Notes: generated from the sequence alone by a model not told the origin. A stretch of 64,000 nt of DNA from Thermovirgaceae bacterium (GCA_040767805.1 JAXGNU010000006.1:61621-125620); one strand, 5' to 3'. Positions 10,235 through 20,090 are shown, numbered from the stretch's first letter. Numbers and translations: made by a program.

Positions 10235-11251
10235 ATGAACCAATGTTTTGTCGGGATCGACGTCAGCAAGAAGCAGATCCATGTCTGTGTCCTTGGCGAA
10301 AAGCCCCATCCCTACCCGAACTGCCTCACCGGGTTCCGGAAGATGATGAAAAGCCTCAGGGAGAAGAAACCCCATGGCGAAGAGACCTTCTTCCTCATAG
10401 GGATGGAGGCCACCGGTGTCTACCACCTCAAGCTCGCCACCTTCCTGAAGGACGAGCCCGATGTGGCCGTTTACGTCCTGAACCCCGCCCAGGTGAAGAG
10501 CTTCTTCAAGGCCTCCTTCCACAGGACCAAGACGGACGCCATAGACGCCTGCGGCATAGCTTCGTGCACGGAGTTCCTGGTCAAAAGGGACAAGGTCCGT
10601 GCCTTCGAGACCCCCGACAACGAGGTCGAACGGCTCAGGCAGCTCTGCCGCCGCCGGGAGGAGATCCTCTCCATGGTCCAGATGGAGAAAAACAGGATCG
10701 AAGCCTTGAAGGAGGTACCATCCCACTCCGGGGAAGTGGAAAGCTCCCTCCTGGAGCACCTGGAGTACCTGGAGCAGCGCCTTAAGGATATCGAAGAGAA
10801 GATCAAAGGACACATACGGAACTCACCGGGACTCAAAGAGCAGGTGGACCTCCTCAAGTCGATACCGGGCATTTCCGATACCGCTGCCGCCGGACTCATC
10901 AGCGAGATTCGCTGCGCCGAGCGGTTCGACAATGTCAAGGAGCTGGTCGCCTTCGCGGGATTAGCGCCGGCGGAAAGGACCTCCGGTACCTCCGTGAAGG
11001 GCAGGACCTGCATCTGCAAAACTGGTTCGTCCAGGCTGAGGAAGCACCTCTACATGCCCGCCCTGGTCGGCATAAGATACAACCCCCTGCTGAAAGAGTT
11101 CTACGAAAGACTGACGAACCGCAACAAGCCCAAGAAAGCCGCTCTCATAGCCTGCATGCGCAAACTGCTTCACATAATCTACGGGGTCCTGAAGAACAGA
11201 ACCGCCTTTGACCCCCTTTGGGCGAAGAACAGGTTCGCCATGGCCTGTTGA
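10235..11251 (+). CDS. IS110 recombinase/transposase
   Basis: DEDD motif GIDVSK, MEATG, KTDAIDA; catalytic-Ser motif RTSGTS; SIPGI; ACMRKLL. Confidence 0.95.
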   Translation: MNQCFVGIDVSKKQIHVCVLGEKPHPYPNCLTGFRKMMKSLREKKPHGEETFFLIGMEATGVYHLKLATFLKDEPDVAVYVLNPAQVKSFFKASFHRTKTDAIDACGIASCTEFLVKRDKVRAFETPDNEVERLRQLCRRREEILSMVQMEKNRIEALKEVPSHSGEVESSLLEHLEYLEQRLKDIEEKIKGHIRNSPGLKEQVDLLKSIPGISDTAAAGLISEIRCAERFDNVKELVAFAGLAPAERTSGTSVKGRTCICKTGSSRLRKHLYMPALVGIRYNPLLKEFYERLTNRNKPKKAALIACMRKLLHIIYGVLKNRTAFDPLWAKNRFAMAC

Positions 11252-11306
11252 AACAGATCGGCTTATGAGGGTTCATTATTTTCAAGGTTGACGGAAGACG
11301 GTATCT

Positions 11307-11324
11307 TACGATTCACGATTTACG
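11307..11324. repeat. Heptamer array, right part
   Basis: tacgatt cacgatt tacg. Confidence 0.8.
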
Positions 11325-11341
11325 CACAGGGAGGTCAGATC

Positions 11342-12073
11342 ATGAAAACCATTGGACTGATAGGCGGGCTGACCTGGGAATCCACCATCGAGTACTACCG
11401 CATCATCAACGAGGAGGTCGCCCGGAGGCTCGGCGGCGTTCACTCCGCCAGGATCCTGATGCACAGCTTCGACTTCCAGGACATCGACACCCTCATGCTG
11501 GCGGGTCGCTGGGAGGAGGTCGGGGCCAAGGCGGCCGAAGCCGGCCTTGGACTTGAAAGCCTCGGCGCCGACTTCCTGCTGATCTGCTCCAACACTATCC
11601 ACAAGGTGGCCGAGGTCGTCTCGGAGACGGTATCGGTCCCCCTGATCCACCTGGCCGACGTGACGGCCGAGGCCGTCAAGGAAAAGGGCGTTTGCAAGGT
11701 GGGCCTCCTGGGGACAATCTTCACCATGGAACACGACTTCTACAAGGGGCGGCTGGCCCAAAAGCACGGCCTGGAGGTCCTGATCCCGGAAAAGGAGGAC
11801 AGGGCCTTCGTGAGCAGGGTCATCGACGAGGAGCTCACCCTGGGCGAACTGAAGGAGGCTTCGAGGGCCCGCTTCCTGGGGATCATCGATGACCTGGCCC
11901 GCCGGGGCGCCGGGGGGGTCATCCTGGGCTGCACCGAGATCCCCCTGCTGGTGAAGCAACCTGACACGGCCGTCACCCTTTTCGACACGACGCGCCTGCA
12001 CTCCCTGGCGGCCGTCGAGGAGGCCCTCAAGGAGGACTGCCAGGTGCCTGACGACGGCGAGGAGAATCCTTGA
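11342..12073 (+). CDS. Asp/Glu racemase family amino-acid racemase (YgeA/RacX-like)
   Basis: IGLIGGLTWEST, CSNT, ILGCTEIP two-Cys motifs. Confidence 0.92.
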   Translation: MKTIGLIGGLTWESTIEYYRIINEEVARRLGGVHSARILMHSFDFQDIDTLMLAGRWEEVGAKAAEAGLGLESLGADFLLICSNTIHKVAEVVSETVSVPLIHLADVTAEAVKEKGVCKVGLLGTIFTMEHDFYKGRLAQKHGLEVLIPEKEDRAFVSRVIDEELTLGELKEASRARFLGIIDDLARRGAGGVILGCTEIPLLVKQPDTAVTLFDTTRLHSLAAVEEALKEDCQVPDDGEENP

Positions 12074-12148
12074 AAAACCGTGGTATCGGACGAAACTGGT
12101 CAGAAAAAAGGGATATTTCCCTTTCAAAGGGAAAATTACTAACCTATG

Positions 12149-12191
12149 CTGACTAATAAATTTGACCATTACTGACGAATTTTGGTATCCT
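12149..12191 (+). promoter_or_regulatory. hsp20 promoter overlapped by CtsR-like box
   Basis: TTGACC(12162)..TGGTATCCT; minus strand reads CGTCAGT-AAT-GGTCAAA (12161-12177). Confidence 0.55.
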
Positions 12192-12223
12192 CTCCCCAGG
12201 TAAGCAAAAGGAGGGGGTTTTTG

Positions 12224-12649
12224 ATGAGACAACTGGTTCCGTTCGGCAGGGGAATGAGCATATTCGACGAGATGGACGATCTCTTCAGGGGTTTCTCCGA
12301 CGCCATCAGGCCCATGACGCGCAGGTACGTTCCCGTCGATCTTTACGAGGAGAACGATGAAGTCGTCGTCAATATCGACGCACCCGGTTTCGACCCGTCC
12401 CAGATAGAGATCAAGACGTACTCCGACAGGGTGAACGTGAGTTCCAAGGTCGAAGAGAAGGCCGAGGAAGAGACCGGCAAGACATGGTACATGAGAAGGG
12501 GCGAGAGGACCATGAACCTCTGCGTGACCCTTCCCACCGAGGTGGACCCCGAGAGGTCCCAGGCCAGTTTCAAAAACGGGGTCATCTCACTGCGGCTCCC
12601 CAAGAGCAAAGCCGTACAGGGCCGCGTCCTGGAACTGAAGCAGGAATAA
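12224..12649 (+). CDS. Hsp20/alpha-crystallin small heat-shock protein
   Basis: PVDLYE, IDAPG, ASFKNGVISLRLPK. Confidence 0.92.
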   Translation: MRQLVPFGRGMSIFDEMDDLFRGFSDAIRPMTRRYVPVDLYEENDEVVVNIDAPGFDPSQIEIKTYSDRVNVSSKVEEKAEEETGKTWYMRRGERTMNLCVTLPTEVDPERSQASFKNGVISLRLPKSKAVQGRVLELKQE

Positions 12650-12701
12650 GGCCCGCCCTTTCACGGGTTGAGTGCTCCTTTTTTGAAAGATAAGGTTACT
12701 G

Positions 12702-12731
12702 GGGCGGCGGCTGACCCCGCCGCCCTTTTTT
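12702..12731 (+). terminator. Intrinsic terminator
   Basis: gggcggcgg/ccgccgccc stem plus T run. Confidence 0.8.
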
Positions 12732-12793
12732 CGATGGACCCATAGAAAAGACGCCGGCGATAGAGCCGGAAAAAGCCCAGGGGGGATGCGTTG

Positions 12794-14665
12794 ATGCCAG
12801 GGAAAGAGACCTTCCAGTTCCAGGCGGAGGCCAAGCAACTCCTGGACCTGATGATCCACTCCGTCTACTCCAACCGCGACATCTTCCTCAGGGAACTCGT
12901 ATCCAACGCCTCGGACGCGCTCGACAAGCTGCGCTTCGAGGCCCTGACCGATGAGAACCTCGCCCACCTCGCGGAGGACCTCCACATCCTCATCGAGGCC
13001 GACCCCGGGGCGCGGACGCTGACCGTCTCCGACAACGGCATCGGCATGACCCGGTCGGAACTGGTGGACTTCATCGGGACCATCGCCCGGTCGGGCACGA
13101 GGGAATACCTGGAACTACTGCAGGGCAAGGGCGCGGGCTCGTTCCCGGAGGAACTGATCGGCCAGTTCGGCATCGGCTTCTACTCCTCCTTCATGGTGGC
13201 CGACAGGGTCTCCCTGGTAACGCGGCGGGCCGGCGAGTCCGCGGCCTGGAAGTGGGATTCCGCCGGCGACGGGAACTACACCCTCGAGGAGACCTCCCGC
13301 GACGCCCAGGGGACTTCCGTGACGCTCCGCCTGAAAAAGGACGAGGAGGACGAGACCGCCAGGGATTACTCCGACCCCCCGGTGATCGGCGAGATAATCC
13401 GCCGTTACAGCGACTTCGTGGCCTGGCCGATCCGGATGAAGTCCGCCGACGGTTCCCTCGAGACCCTCAACTCCATGAAGGCCCTCTGGACGAGGCCCGA
13501 AGAGGAGGTCACCGGGGAGGAGTACGACGAGTTCTACAGGCACATCACCCACGACTGGAACAAACCGCTCAGGAGGGTCCTTTTCAAGGCCGAAGGAGGG
13601 ATGGAGTTCAGGGCGCTGCTGTACATCCCGCCCAGGGCGCCGCTGGAACTCTTCACGAGGGACCTCTTCAAGGGCGTCCAGCTCTACATCCGCCGGGTCT
13701 TCATCATGGACGACTGCCGCGAACTCGTGCCTGAGTACCTTCGGTTCCTCCGGGGCCTCGTGGACTCCGAGGACCTGCCCCTCAACATATCCAGGGAGAT
13801 GCTCCAGCAGAACCGGCAGGTGGAGACCATAAAGAGGAGCATCGCCAGGAAGGTCCTCGATTCCCTCTCGGCGATGTTGAAGGAGGACAGGGACGCCTAC
13901 CTGGCCTTCTGGGAGAACTTCGGAAAGGTCCTCAAGGAGGGGATCTTCTCCGACGGGAAGAACCGCGCCAGGATCCTCGAGGTCTCCCTCTTCGACACGA
14001 CAGGGCCCGAGGGCCCCGTGACCCTCGACGAGTACCTGGCCAGGATGCCCGAAGGCCAGGAGGAGATCTACTACATCACGGCTCCGAGCCTGACGGTGGG
14101 CAAAAACGCCCCGCACCTGGAAGCCTTCACCGAAAAGGGATACGAAGTTATCGTGCTCAGCGACCCCGTGGACGAAATATGGTCCCCGGCGGTGGAAGAC
14201 TACAAGGGCAAGAAGTTCACCTCCCTCTCGAGGGGGGCCGTCGAAGTCCCCTCGTCGGCGGAGGCGGGTGAAGATGTCGCCTCCGGTGAAGGCCTGGAGG
14301 CCCTCCTGGAGGACCTGGGCAAGGCCCTCTCGGGGGAAGTGAAGGAAGTCAGGGTCTCCGAACGCCTGAAGGCTTCGCCGTCGTGCCTCGTGGGTGAGGC
14401 CTTCGACCTCACGCCCCAGATGGAAGCCTTCCTCAGGGCGGCGGGGCAGGAGGTCCCCAGGGTGAAGAGGAACCTGGAGATAAACCCCTCCCACCCCCTG
14501 GTGATGAAACTGAAGGGCATCCATGACGCCGACCCCTCTGACCCGAGGGTAGCCAGGTTCGCCAGGGTCCTCTTCGGCCTCGCGACCCTCTCCGAGGGAG
14601 GAGGGCTGGACGACCCGGCGGCCTTCAGCCGCGAGGTCGCCGAACTGCTGTCGGAGCCGGTATAA
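12794..14665 (+). CDS. htpG: Hsp90 chaperone HtpG
   Basis: [36 protein letters not shown]. Confidence 0.96.
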
Positions 14666-14707
14666 TTAACTGGCCGTGCCGCCGGCACGGCCACATCCCC
14701 CAGGGAG

Positions 14708-14983
14708 GTGGACTCCGTGTCCAGGGCGTTCGTCGATGAAGACAGCGAGGTTCGTCTCAACCGCGAGAGGCTCGAGCGGGAGAGAAAGCTCCGCGACTGG
14801 CTTGCCATCCAGGAGAAAAAACTGGCCTTCCTGGAGTCCGACCCCAAGGCCGAGGACATGGACCAGGACTTGCGGGAGCGATGGCTGCGCGAGACGCGGG
14901 AAGATATCGAGCGGACCCGCAAACTGCTGGAGGAGTTCACCCTGGACGACGGGGAGCCTTCCGTCGCCCGGGGAGGCGCCTGA
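14708..14983 (+). CDS. Hypothetical charged helical protein
   Basis: GGGAGG near GTG start; stop overlaps next ATG (TGATG). Confidence 0.7.
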   Translation: MDSVSRAFVDEDSEVRLNRERLERERKLRDWLAIQEKKLAFLESDPKAEDMDQDLRERWLRETREDIERTRKLLEEFTLDDGEPSVARGGA

Positions 14984-15357
14984 TGCTCTTCATCGTCCGC
15001 CTCGTCAGGCTGGTACTTCCCCTCGTTTTTGTCCTGCTGGCCTTTCGAGCCTTCTCGGACCTGTTCCGGCGATGGGCGGCCCAGGAGGAGCGCCGCGCCG
15101 CCGGGGGGCGCCGCTCCTACCCGCCCCCCCCGGGCGGGGGAAGGCCCCCCCGGGACCCCTACGAGGTCCTGGGCTGCTCACCGGGCGACAGCGACGAGAA
15201 GATCAGGAAAGCCTACCGGAGGCTGGTAGCCAAGTACCACCCCGACAAGTTCATCGGCCTCGACCTGGACAAGGAGTTCGTGGACCTTGCCGCCAAGAGG
15301 TTCCAGGAAGTCCAGGAGGCCTACGAGCATATCAGGCAGTACAGGGGATCCGCCTGA
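14983..15357 (+). CDS. Membrane-anchored J-domain protein (DjlA C-terminus-like)
   Basis: N-terminal TM segment; DPYEVLG, AYRRL..KYHPDK. Confidence 0.88.
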   Translation: MLFIVRLVRLVLPLVFVLLAFRAFSDLFRRWAAQEERRAAGGRRSYPPPPGGGRPPRDPYEVLGCSPGDSDEKIRKAYRRLVAKYHPDKFIGLDLDKEFVDLAAKRFQEVQEAYEHIRQYRGSA

Positions 15358-15389
15358 GGGCGCTCTCCCAAGAGAGGAGTGTCGATGGG

Positions 15390-15752
15390 ATGAAGAAAGG
15401 ATACCTGGTCATGGCGGCGTTCCTGGCGGTGGCGGTCTTCGCGGCCGGCCTTGCCGCGGCCGCCGGTTCTGAATTGAGGGTCACCCCGGAAGCCCAGGCC
15501 GAGATGGCCAACCTGGGGAGCGTCCTGACCCTGGCGCCGGAGACACTTTCCAGCGGCTGAGCCAGGGTGGTTGCCGCCACGGTCCGTGGCGGCGCCCCGG
15601 GGGACACGGCGGGCTTCAGGGCCGTCGAGGGTGAGGGGTTCCTGCTATGGGTGGACCGTTCCCTTCAATTTCGAGGTGAGGGCATCGACCTCGACGTGGG
15701 CTTCGCCGGCAGCAGGAAGGTCGTCTACGCCACGAACTATATCTCCCGGTGA
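15390..15752 (+). CDS. Putative secreted selenoprotein, HesB-like/CC-Se-motif-like, Sec at codon 57
   Basis: Two same-frame ORF pieces separated only by TGA 15558-15560 (SSG-U-ARV); SECIS-like hairpin follows; signal peptide. Confidence 0.8.
15561..15600 (+). promoter_or_regulatory. Bacterial SECIS-like element
   Basis: GCCGCCACG-GTC-CGTGGCGGC perfect stem 12 nt after UGA, G-led apical loop, imperfect lower stem. Confidence 0.8.
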
Positions 15753-15781
15753 GCGGGAGCCCGGGGCGGGAGGGGTCACCC

Positions 15782-16213
15782 ATGGCCGGAAAAAAGCCCA
15801 AGAGGGTCCCCGTCGACGGCTCAAGCGAGGAGGTCCCTGAGAGCGTCCTGGGCGGCCTCCTGCGGGAACTGGGGTTTTCCGGCCCCGACGAGGGCCCGCG
15901 GAAGACCCCGCCGCCCGGGCCGGAGGCGGCCCCCACCCCGGAGGGCGGGATCCCGGACCTGGCCGACGTGGGCAAGATCGTCCTCAGGGTCCAGAAAAAG
16001 GGGAGGGGCGGTAAGACCGTGACGACCCTCTCCACCCCCGGGGGAGGGTTTTCGCCGGGGGCGCTGGAGCCCCTCGCCAGGGAGATCCGCAGGGCCCTAG
16101 GCTGCGGGGCCAGGGTCGAGGACGGGTCGGTGGTCATCCAGGGCGATAACGCCGAGCGGGCCGAAAAGTGGCTCCTCCAGAGAGGAGCGAGGAGGGTCGT
16201 CAGGGGTTCCTGA
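15782..16213 (+). CDS. SUI1/YciH-family translation initiation factor
   Basis: KKGRGGKTVT, LGCGARV, IQGD. Confidence 0.88.
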   Translation: MAGKKPKRVPVDGSSEEVPESVLGGLLRELGFSGPDEGPRKTPPPGPEAAPTPEGGIPDLADVGKIVLRVQKKGRGGKTVTTLSTPGGGFSPGALEPLAREIRRALGCGARVEDGSVVIQGDNAERAEKWLLQRGARRVVRGS

Positions 16214-16720
16214 TCACGGGGGGGATCCCTGGGGCGCTTCTCCCCCGGCGAAAGCCGCGATCGCCTCCCCCTGCAGCCTCAGTATGAACACCTCGTCGTG
16301 CCTCAGCGCCCCGATCCTGTCGTAGTACTCCAGGGCCGGGGCGTTGTCCTTCATGCACCACCACTCGAACCTCCCGCACCCCCTCTGGACGGCGATGGCT
16401 GCCAGGCGCCGTAGAAGCGCCGTTCCCAGGCCCTTGCCGCGCCACTTTGGGCTTATGTAGAGGTCGTCCAGGTGGAGCCCCCTCTTGCCCAGGACCGTGG
16501 AGAAGGTCTGGTAGAAGACGGCGAAACCCACGCGCTCCCCTCCCACCGATGCCAGCAGGGTCTCCGCCGCCGGCGCCTCGCCGAAGAGCGCCTCCAGGAG
16601 CCCTTCCTCGGTGGCGGTCACCCTGTGCCCTATCCCCTCGTATTCCGCCAGCTCCCTGATGAACCGCAGGATCACCGGCACATCCCCGGGCGTCCCCTCC
16701 CGGATGGCGAAACGGCCCAT
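16214..16720 (-). CDS. GNAT acetyltransferase (SSAT-like)
   Basis: IRELAEYE, LDDLYI, RGKGLG, RFEWW. Confidence 0.9.
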   Translation of the reverse strand: MGRFAIREGTPGDVPVILRFIRELAEYEGIGHRVTATEEGLLEALFGEAPAAETLLASVGGERVGFAVFYQTFSTVLGKRGLHLDDLYISPKWRGKGLGTALLRRLAAIAVQRGCGRFEWWCMKDNAPALEYYDRIGALRHDEVFILRLQGEAIAAFAGGEAPQGSPP

Positions 16721-16796
16721 CGACTCCGCCCTTTTCCCCAAGGGTCATACCTCCCCGGTCATTTCAGGATCGCCGAACATTCCCCGCTGCCGAACC

Positions 16797-17297
16797 TCAC
16801 CGCTTCCGCTTCCCGTACCATTCCCTCAGCCGGGTGATCTCCGCCGGGACGGCCTCCCTCGCCGCCTCGCCGTCGAAGTCCGCCAGGGCCGCGACCCTGC
16901 CCAGGTGGTAGGGGTCGCGGCTCACGGGAAAGAAAGGTCCCCGGTAGACGATGAAGTCATCGTAAAGGACCCATTCGAGGAGCCCCGGCGCGAGGTCTTC
17001 CTCGGCGTTCAGCACCGGCCCGGGCCCGTACTTCAGCATCAGCGACGCCCCGCGCTCGTCGCCGATGAAGGCGAAGGAGTCGCCCTCGGCTTTAAGGGCC
17101 ACCAACAAAACGCCCCCCTCCCTGTCCACGAAGATATCGTGGAAGCCCCAGAAGGGGGGGTTGAAGACCAGGATCCTCTTTCCCTTCAGCCTTTCGAAGT
17201 ATTCCCCCAGGCGCGGGGCCCTCTCGGCCATGTCCTTGGGGGTGAGGGGCGGCCTCCTCCTCCCGAGGAGATGCCCCAGCAGCGCCAGGGGGTCCAT
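16797..17297 (-). CDS. Hypothetical protein
   Basis: Protein-like composition; closely follows the upstream gene. Confidence 0.65.
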   Translation of the reverse strand: MDPLALLGHLLGRRRPPLTPKDMAERAPRLGEYFERLKGKRILVFNPPFWGFHDIFVDREGGVLLVALKAEGDSFAFIGDERGASLMLKYGPGPVLNAEEDLAPGLLEWVLYDDFIVYRGPFFPVSRDPYHLGRVAALADFDGEAAREAVPAEITRLREWYGKRKR

Positions 17298-17301
17298 GGG
17301 G

Positions 17302-17862
17302 TCAATGGGCCAGGAAGTCGGCGAGCTTGCCCGAAAGCTCGTCCCAGGTCATCGGGAAGGTCATCACCGAAGCCAGCTTTATGCTGTTCTGCTTTTTCTT
17401 GTTCAGGCCCCCCATGAGGCCCTCCCTTGCCTGGTCGGTGGTGAAGAGGCTGTACCTGCGGTTCCCCCTGGTCTTGGTGATATCCACCAGGACCCACCGG
17501 AAGGACTCCGCCGCGAGGGTACTCCTGGCGGTGTTGAGCTGCAGGAGTTCCACCTCCGACCCCGAGCCGCTCTGGTCGCCTATCTCGACGACCCTCGGTT
17601 TCGCTCCCATGTACATCTTGAGGTTGAAGAAGACCGACCGGGTCCTCCCCTCCCGGCCGAGGAAAACGCCCAGGTCGAAGCCGAAGCCGGGCAGCAGGAA
17701 GAACTCCTCGATCATGCCGCCCTGCTGCAGTTCAGAGAGCACCTCGAGGACCTCGTGCAGGAAGCCCGTGCGGAAGCTCTCCTCCGGGTGGGCTCCCTTC
17801 AGGATCTCGGGCTCAGGGCTGTGTGCAGCCAAGACGATCATCTCCTTTTCGTTTAGGACCAT
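17302..17862 (-). CDS. Hypothetical protein
   Basis: Protein-like composition; G-rich RBS and TATAAT upstream. Confidence 0.7.
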   Translation of the reverse strand: MVLNEKEMIVLAAHSPEPEILKGAHPEESFRTGFLHEVLEVLSELQQGGMIEEFFLLPGFGFDLGVFLGREGRTRSVFFNLKMYMGAKPRVVEIGDQSGSGSEVELLQLNTARSTLAAESFRWVLVDITKTRGNRRYSLFTTDQAREGLMGGLNKKKQNSIKLASVMTFPMTWDELSGKLADFLAH

Positions 17863-18025
17863 GCCCCCCGCTTCCGGGGGGCGTTCTCCGGGAGCCTGTC
17901 CAGTCCAAGTGAATCCGATTATAACTCAAGGGGGGGAAAGGATGAAAAACCCCCCGCGGCATGGACTATACTAATAGGCCAGGTGGGACACGATAAAACG
18001 CCGACCAGCGAGGAGGTACTGCCCC

Positions 18026-19534
18026 ATGCTTTTTTCCAGGACCTTCATCCCGACCGCCAGGGAAGCCCCGAAAGGCCTTTCCGACCCGGCGGTGGCGCGC
18101 CTCGTGAGGGCGGGCTACGTGGTGGCCGACGCCGAGACGGGGGAATTGGACCTGCTACCCCTGGGATCGATGCTCTGGGAAAGGGTTTCGGACGCCTCCC
18201 GGAACCTTGCCCGGGAGGCCGGCATCCAGACGGTCGACTTCAACGAAATAGCGGGTGACTCCCTTTCGGTCGCCGCCAGGTACGTCAAGAGCTACCGGCA
18301 GCTGCCCCTGTCCTTCGCGTCCGGGAACCCCAGGAGGATCGATGCCTGCGGTTTCGCGGCCGGTTCGGAGGAGGCGGCGCTCCAGCGCGACGGGTTTCTC
18401 GACATCGCCCGGAAGATCTCCGGCGAGGCGGGCCTCTCCCCCCTCGACGGGCGGACCATCGAGGAGGCGAGGCGCTACGTCGCCCTTGCCGTCGACAAGG
18501 GGTCGTGGCACTCCAAGGAGGGGTTTGCCTGCTCCTCCTGCGACTGGTGCGGCGACGACGCCGCCCCGGCGAACCCGACGGTTCGGCTTACCGGCGAGGA
18601 GGCGCCCCTGCGGGAGGTAGAGACCCCCGGGGCGGACACCATCGCCGAGCTGTGCAGGCAACTGGGGATAACGCCCGACCGGACCCTGAAGACCCTCTTC
18701 TACGCGGCGGAACAGGGCGCCGACAAGGAGATCCTGGCCGTCCTCACCAGGGGCGATCACCAGGTAAATGACCGGAAGCTGTCCCATGCCCTTGGCGGCG
18801 TCGTGGTCCGCTTCGCCGACCCCCTCGAGATCAGGGAAGCCGTGGGCGACCTGGCCGGCTACCTGGGACCCGTCGACCTCCCCGCGGGCATCCGCGTCCT
18901 CGCCGACCGCCATATCGAGGGCAGCCCCAGCCTGGTCGCGGGAGCCAACAGGCCCGGGTTCCACCTGCTCAACGCCTGCTGGGGGAGGGACTACAGGGCT
19001 TCCGCCGCGGCGGACCTGGTCAGCCTGCAGGAGGGCTTTCCCTGCCCCTTTTGCGGCTCGCCCATAGCGGCGGCATACCTGAGGAGCATAGCCGTGGCCG
19101 TGACGGACCCGGGGCCGTCGCCGCTGACCTTCCAGGACGAAGGGGGCGTCCTGTCTAAGGCTCACCGCTGGGAGGGAACCTTCTGCGTCACCCCGCTGGC
19201 GCTCTCCCTGGCGGGGGGTGAAAGGATCCCGCCCCGGTTCGCGCCCCTGGACGTGCACGTCCTGGTGACGTCCATGAGAAACGATGACGCCGTCGGCCTG
19301 GGCAACATCCTGGCCGAAAGGCTGGAGGAGAGGGGCTTCAGCGTCCTGCTGGACGACCGGGACGAAAGGGCGGGCGTGAAATTCTCCGATGCCGAACTTT
19401 TAGGACTTCCCGTGACCGTCGTCGTCGGAAGGGAGGCCTCGGAGGGCGTCGTCGAGGCATGGAAGCCCGACGGGAACAGGGAGGAACTGCCCGCCGACGC
19501 CGTCGGGGAACTGGTCTCGCGGTGGACCCGGTAA
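18026..19534 (+). CDS. ProRS paralog with INS/YbaK editing and anticodon-binding domains and a degenerate catalytic core
   Basis: FIPTAREAP, KSYRQLP, VETPG..TI, TLKTL, GYLGP, GAN, DDRDERAGVKFSDAELLG; class II motifs 2 and 3 not recognisable. Confidence 0.8.
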   Translation: MLFSRTFIPTAREAPKGLSDPAVARLVRAGYVVADAETGELDLLPLGSMLWERVSDASRNLAREAGIQTVDFNEIAGDSLSVAARYVKSYRQLPLSFASGNPRRIDACGFAAGSEEAALQRDGFLDIARKISGEAGLSPLDGRTIEEARRYVALAVDKGSWHSKEGFACSSCDWCGDDAAPANPTVRLTGEEAPLREVETPGADTIAELCRQLGITPDRTLKTLFYAAEQGADKEILAVLTRGDHQVNDRKLSHALGGVVVRFADPLEIREAVGDLAGYLGPVDLPAGIRVLADRHIEGSPSLVAGANRPGFHLLNACWGRDYRASAAADLVSLQEGFPCPFCGSPIAAAYLRSIAVAVTDPGPSPLTFQDEGGVLSKAHRWEGTFCVTPLALSLAGGERIPPRFAPLDVHVLVTSMRNDDAVGLGNILAERLEERGFSVLLDDRDERAGVKFSDAELLGLPVTVVVGREASEGVVEAWKPDGNREELPADAVGELVSRWTR

Positions 19535-19640
19535 AACCGCCCAGGGGAGGATAGGCCATTTTACCCATCACCGCCGCCGGGGGCGCTGAATATAATGACC
19601 TCAACAGGGGTTCAAAGAAAAATACCCGGAGGTGGATGGG

Positions 19641-20042
19641 ATGAAAAAAAGAGCTGTTCTCCTGGCCCTCGCGGCCTTGTTAACCATTGGTACCGCGGCT
19701 TATGCCTACGGGGGGCCCTACGGCCGGTTCGGACCTGGAATGGATGGCGCTTCTTACGGCCGTTTCGGCGCGGGGATGGGCGGCGGCGCTTTCTGCGGCC
19801 CCAGGATGCACCAGAGGGGCGGCTACTTCAGGGACAGGGACGCCCGGAGGGTCGACTACCCCAAGGAGATCCTCGACAAGATGGCCGAACTCCAGCGGAC
19901 CCATCTCGAGATGAGGCTCGCCCTCACCCAGGAGAAGCCGGACCTGGAAAAGGCCAGGTCACTTTTCTCCAGGGCGCAGGAGATAAGGAACGAGATTTCC
20001 CTTTGGCGTTTTGAAAGTTACATCGAGTCGTTGAAGAAATAA
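19641..20042 (+). CDS. Periplasmic ZraP/Spy-like protein
   Basis: Signal peptide, Gly/Met-rich segment, helical PD-containing core. Confidence 0.65.
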   Translation: MKKRAVLLALAALLTIGTAAYAYGGPYGRFGPGMDGASYGRFGAGMGGGAFCGPRMHQRGGYFRDRDARRVDYPKEILDKMAELQRTHLEMRLALTQEKPDLEKARSLFSRAQEIRNEISLWRFESYIESLKK

Positions 20043-20062
20043 CGGTACCAACTCCTCCCTTC

Positions 20063-20090
20063 CGCGGGGCCCAAGGGCCCCGCGTTTTTT
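20063..20090 (+). terminator. Intrinsic terminator
   Basis: cgcggggccc/gggccccgcg stem plus T run. Confidence 0.85.

Larger units (their letters stand above)
9997..11306 (+). mobile_element. Complete IS110-family element (IS621-like, CT core)
   Basis: CT core at both ends (9997-9998, 11305-11306), no TIR; rejoined ends give donor ACGGTAT-CT-CGTAT and promoter TTGACG-N17-TATTCT. Confidence 0.92.
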
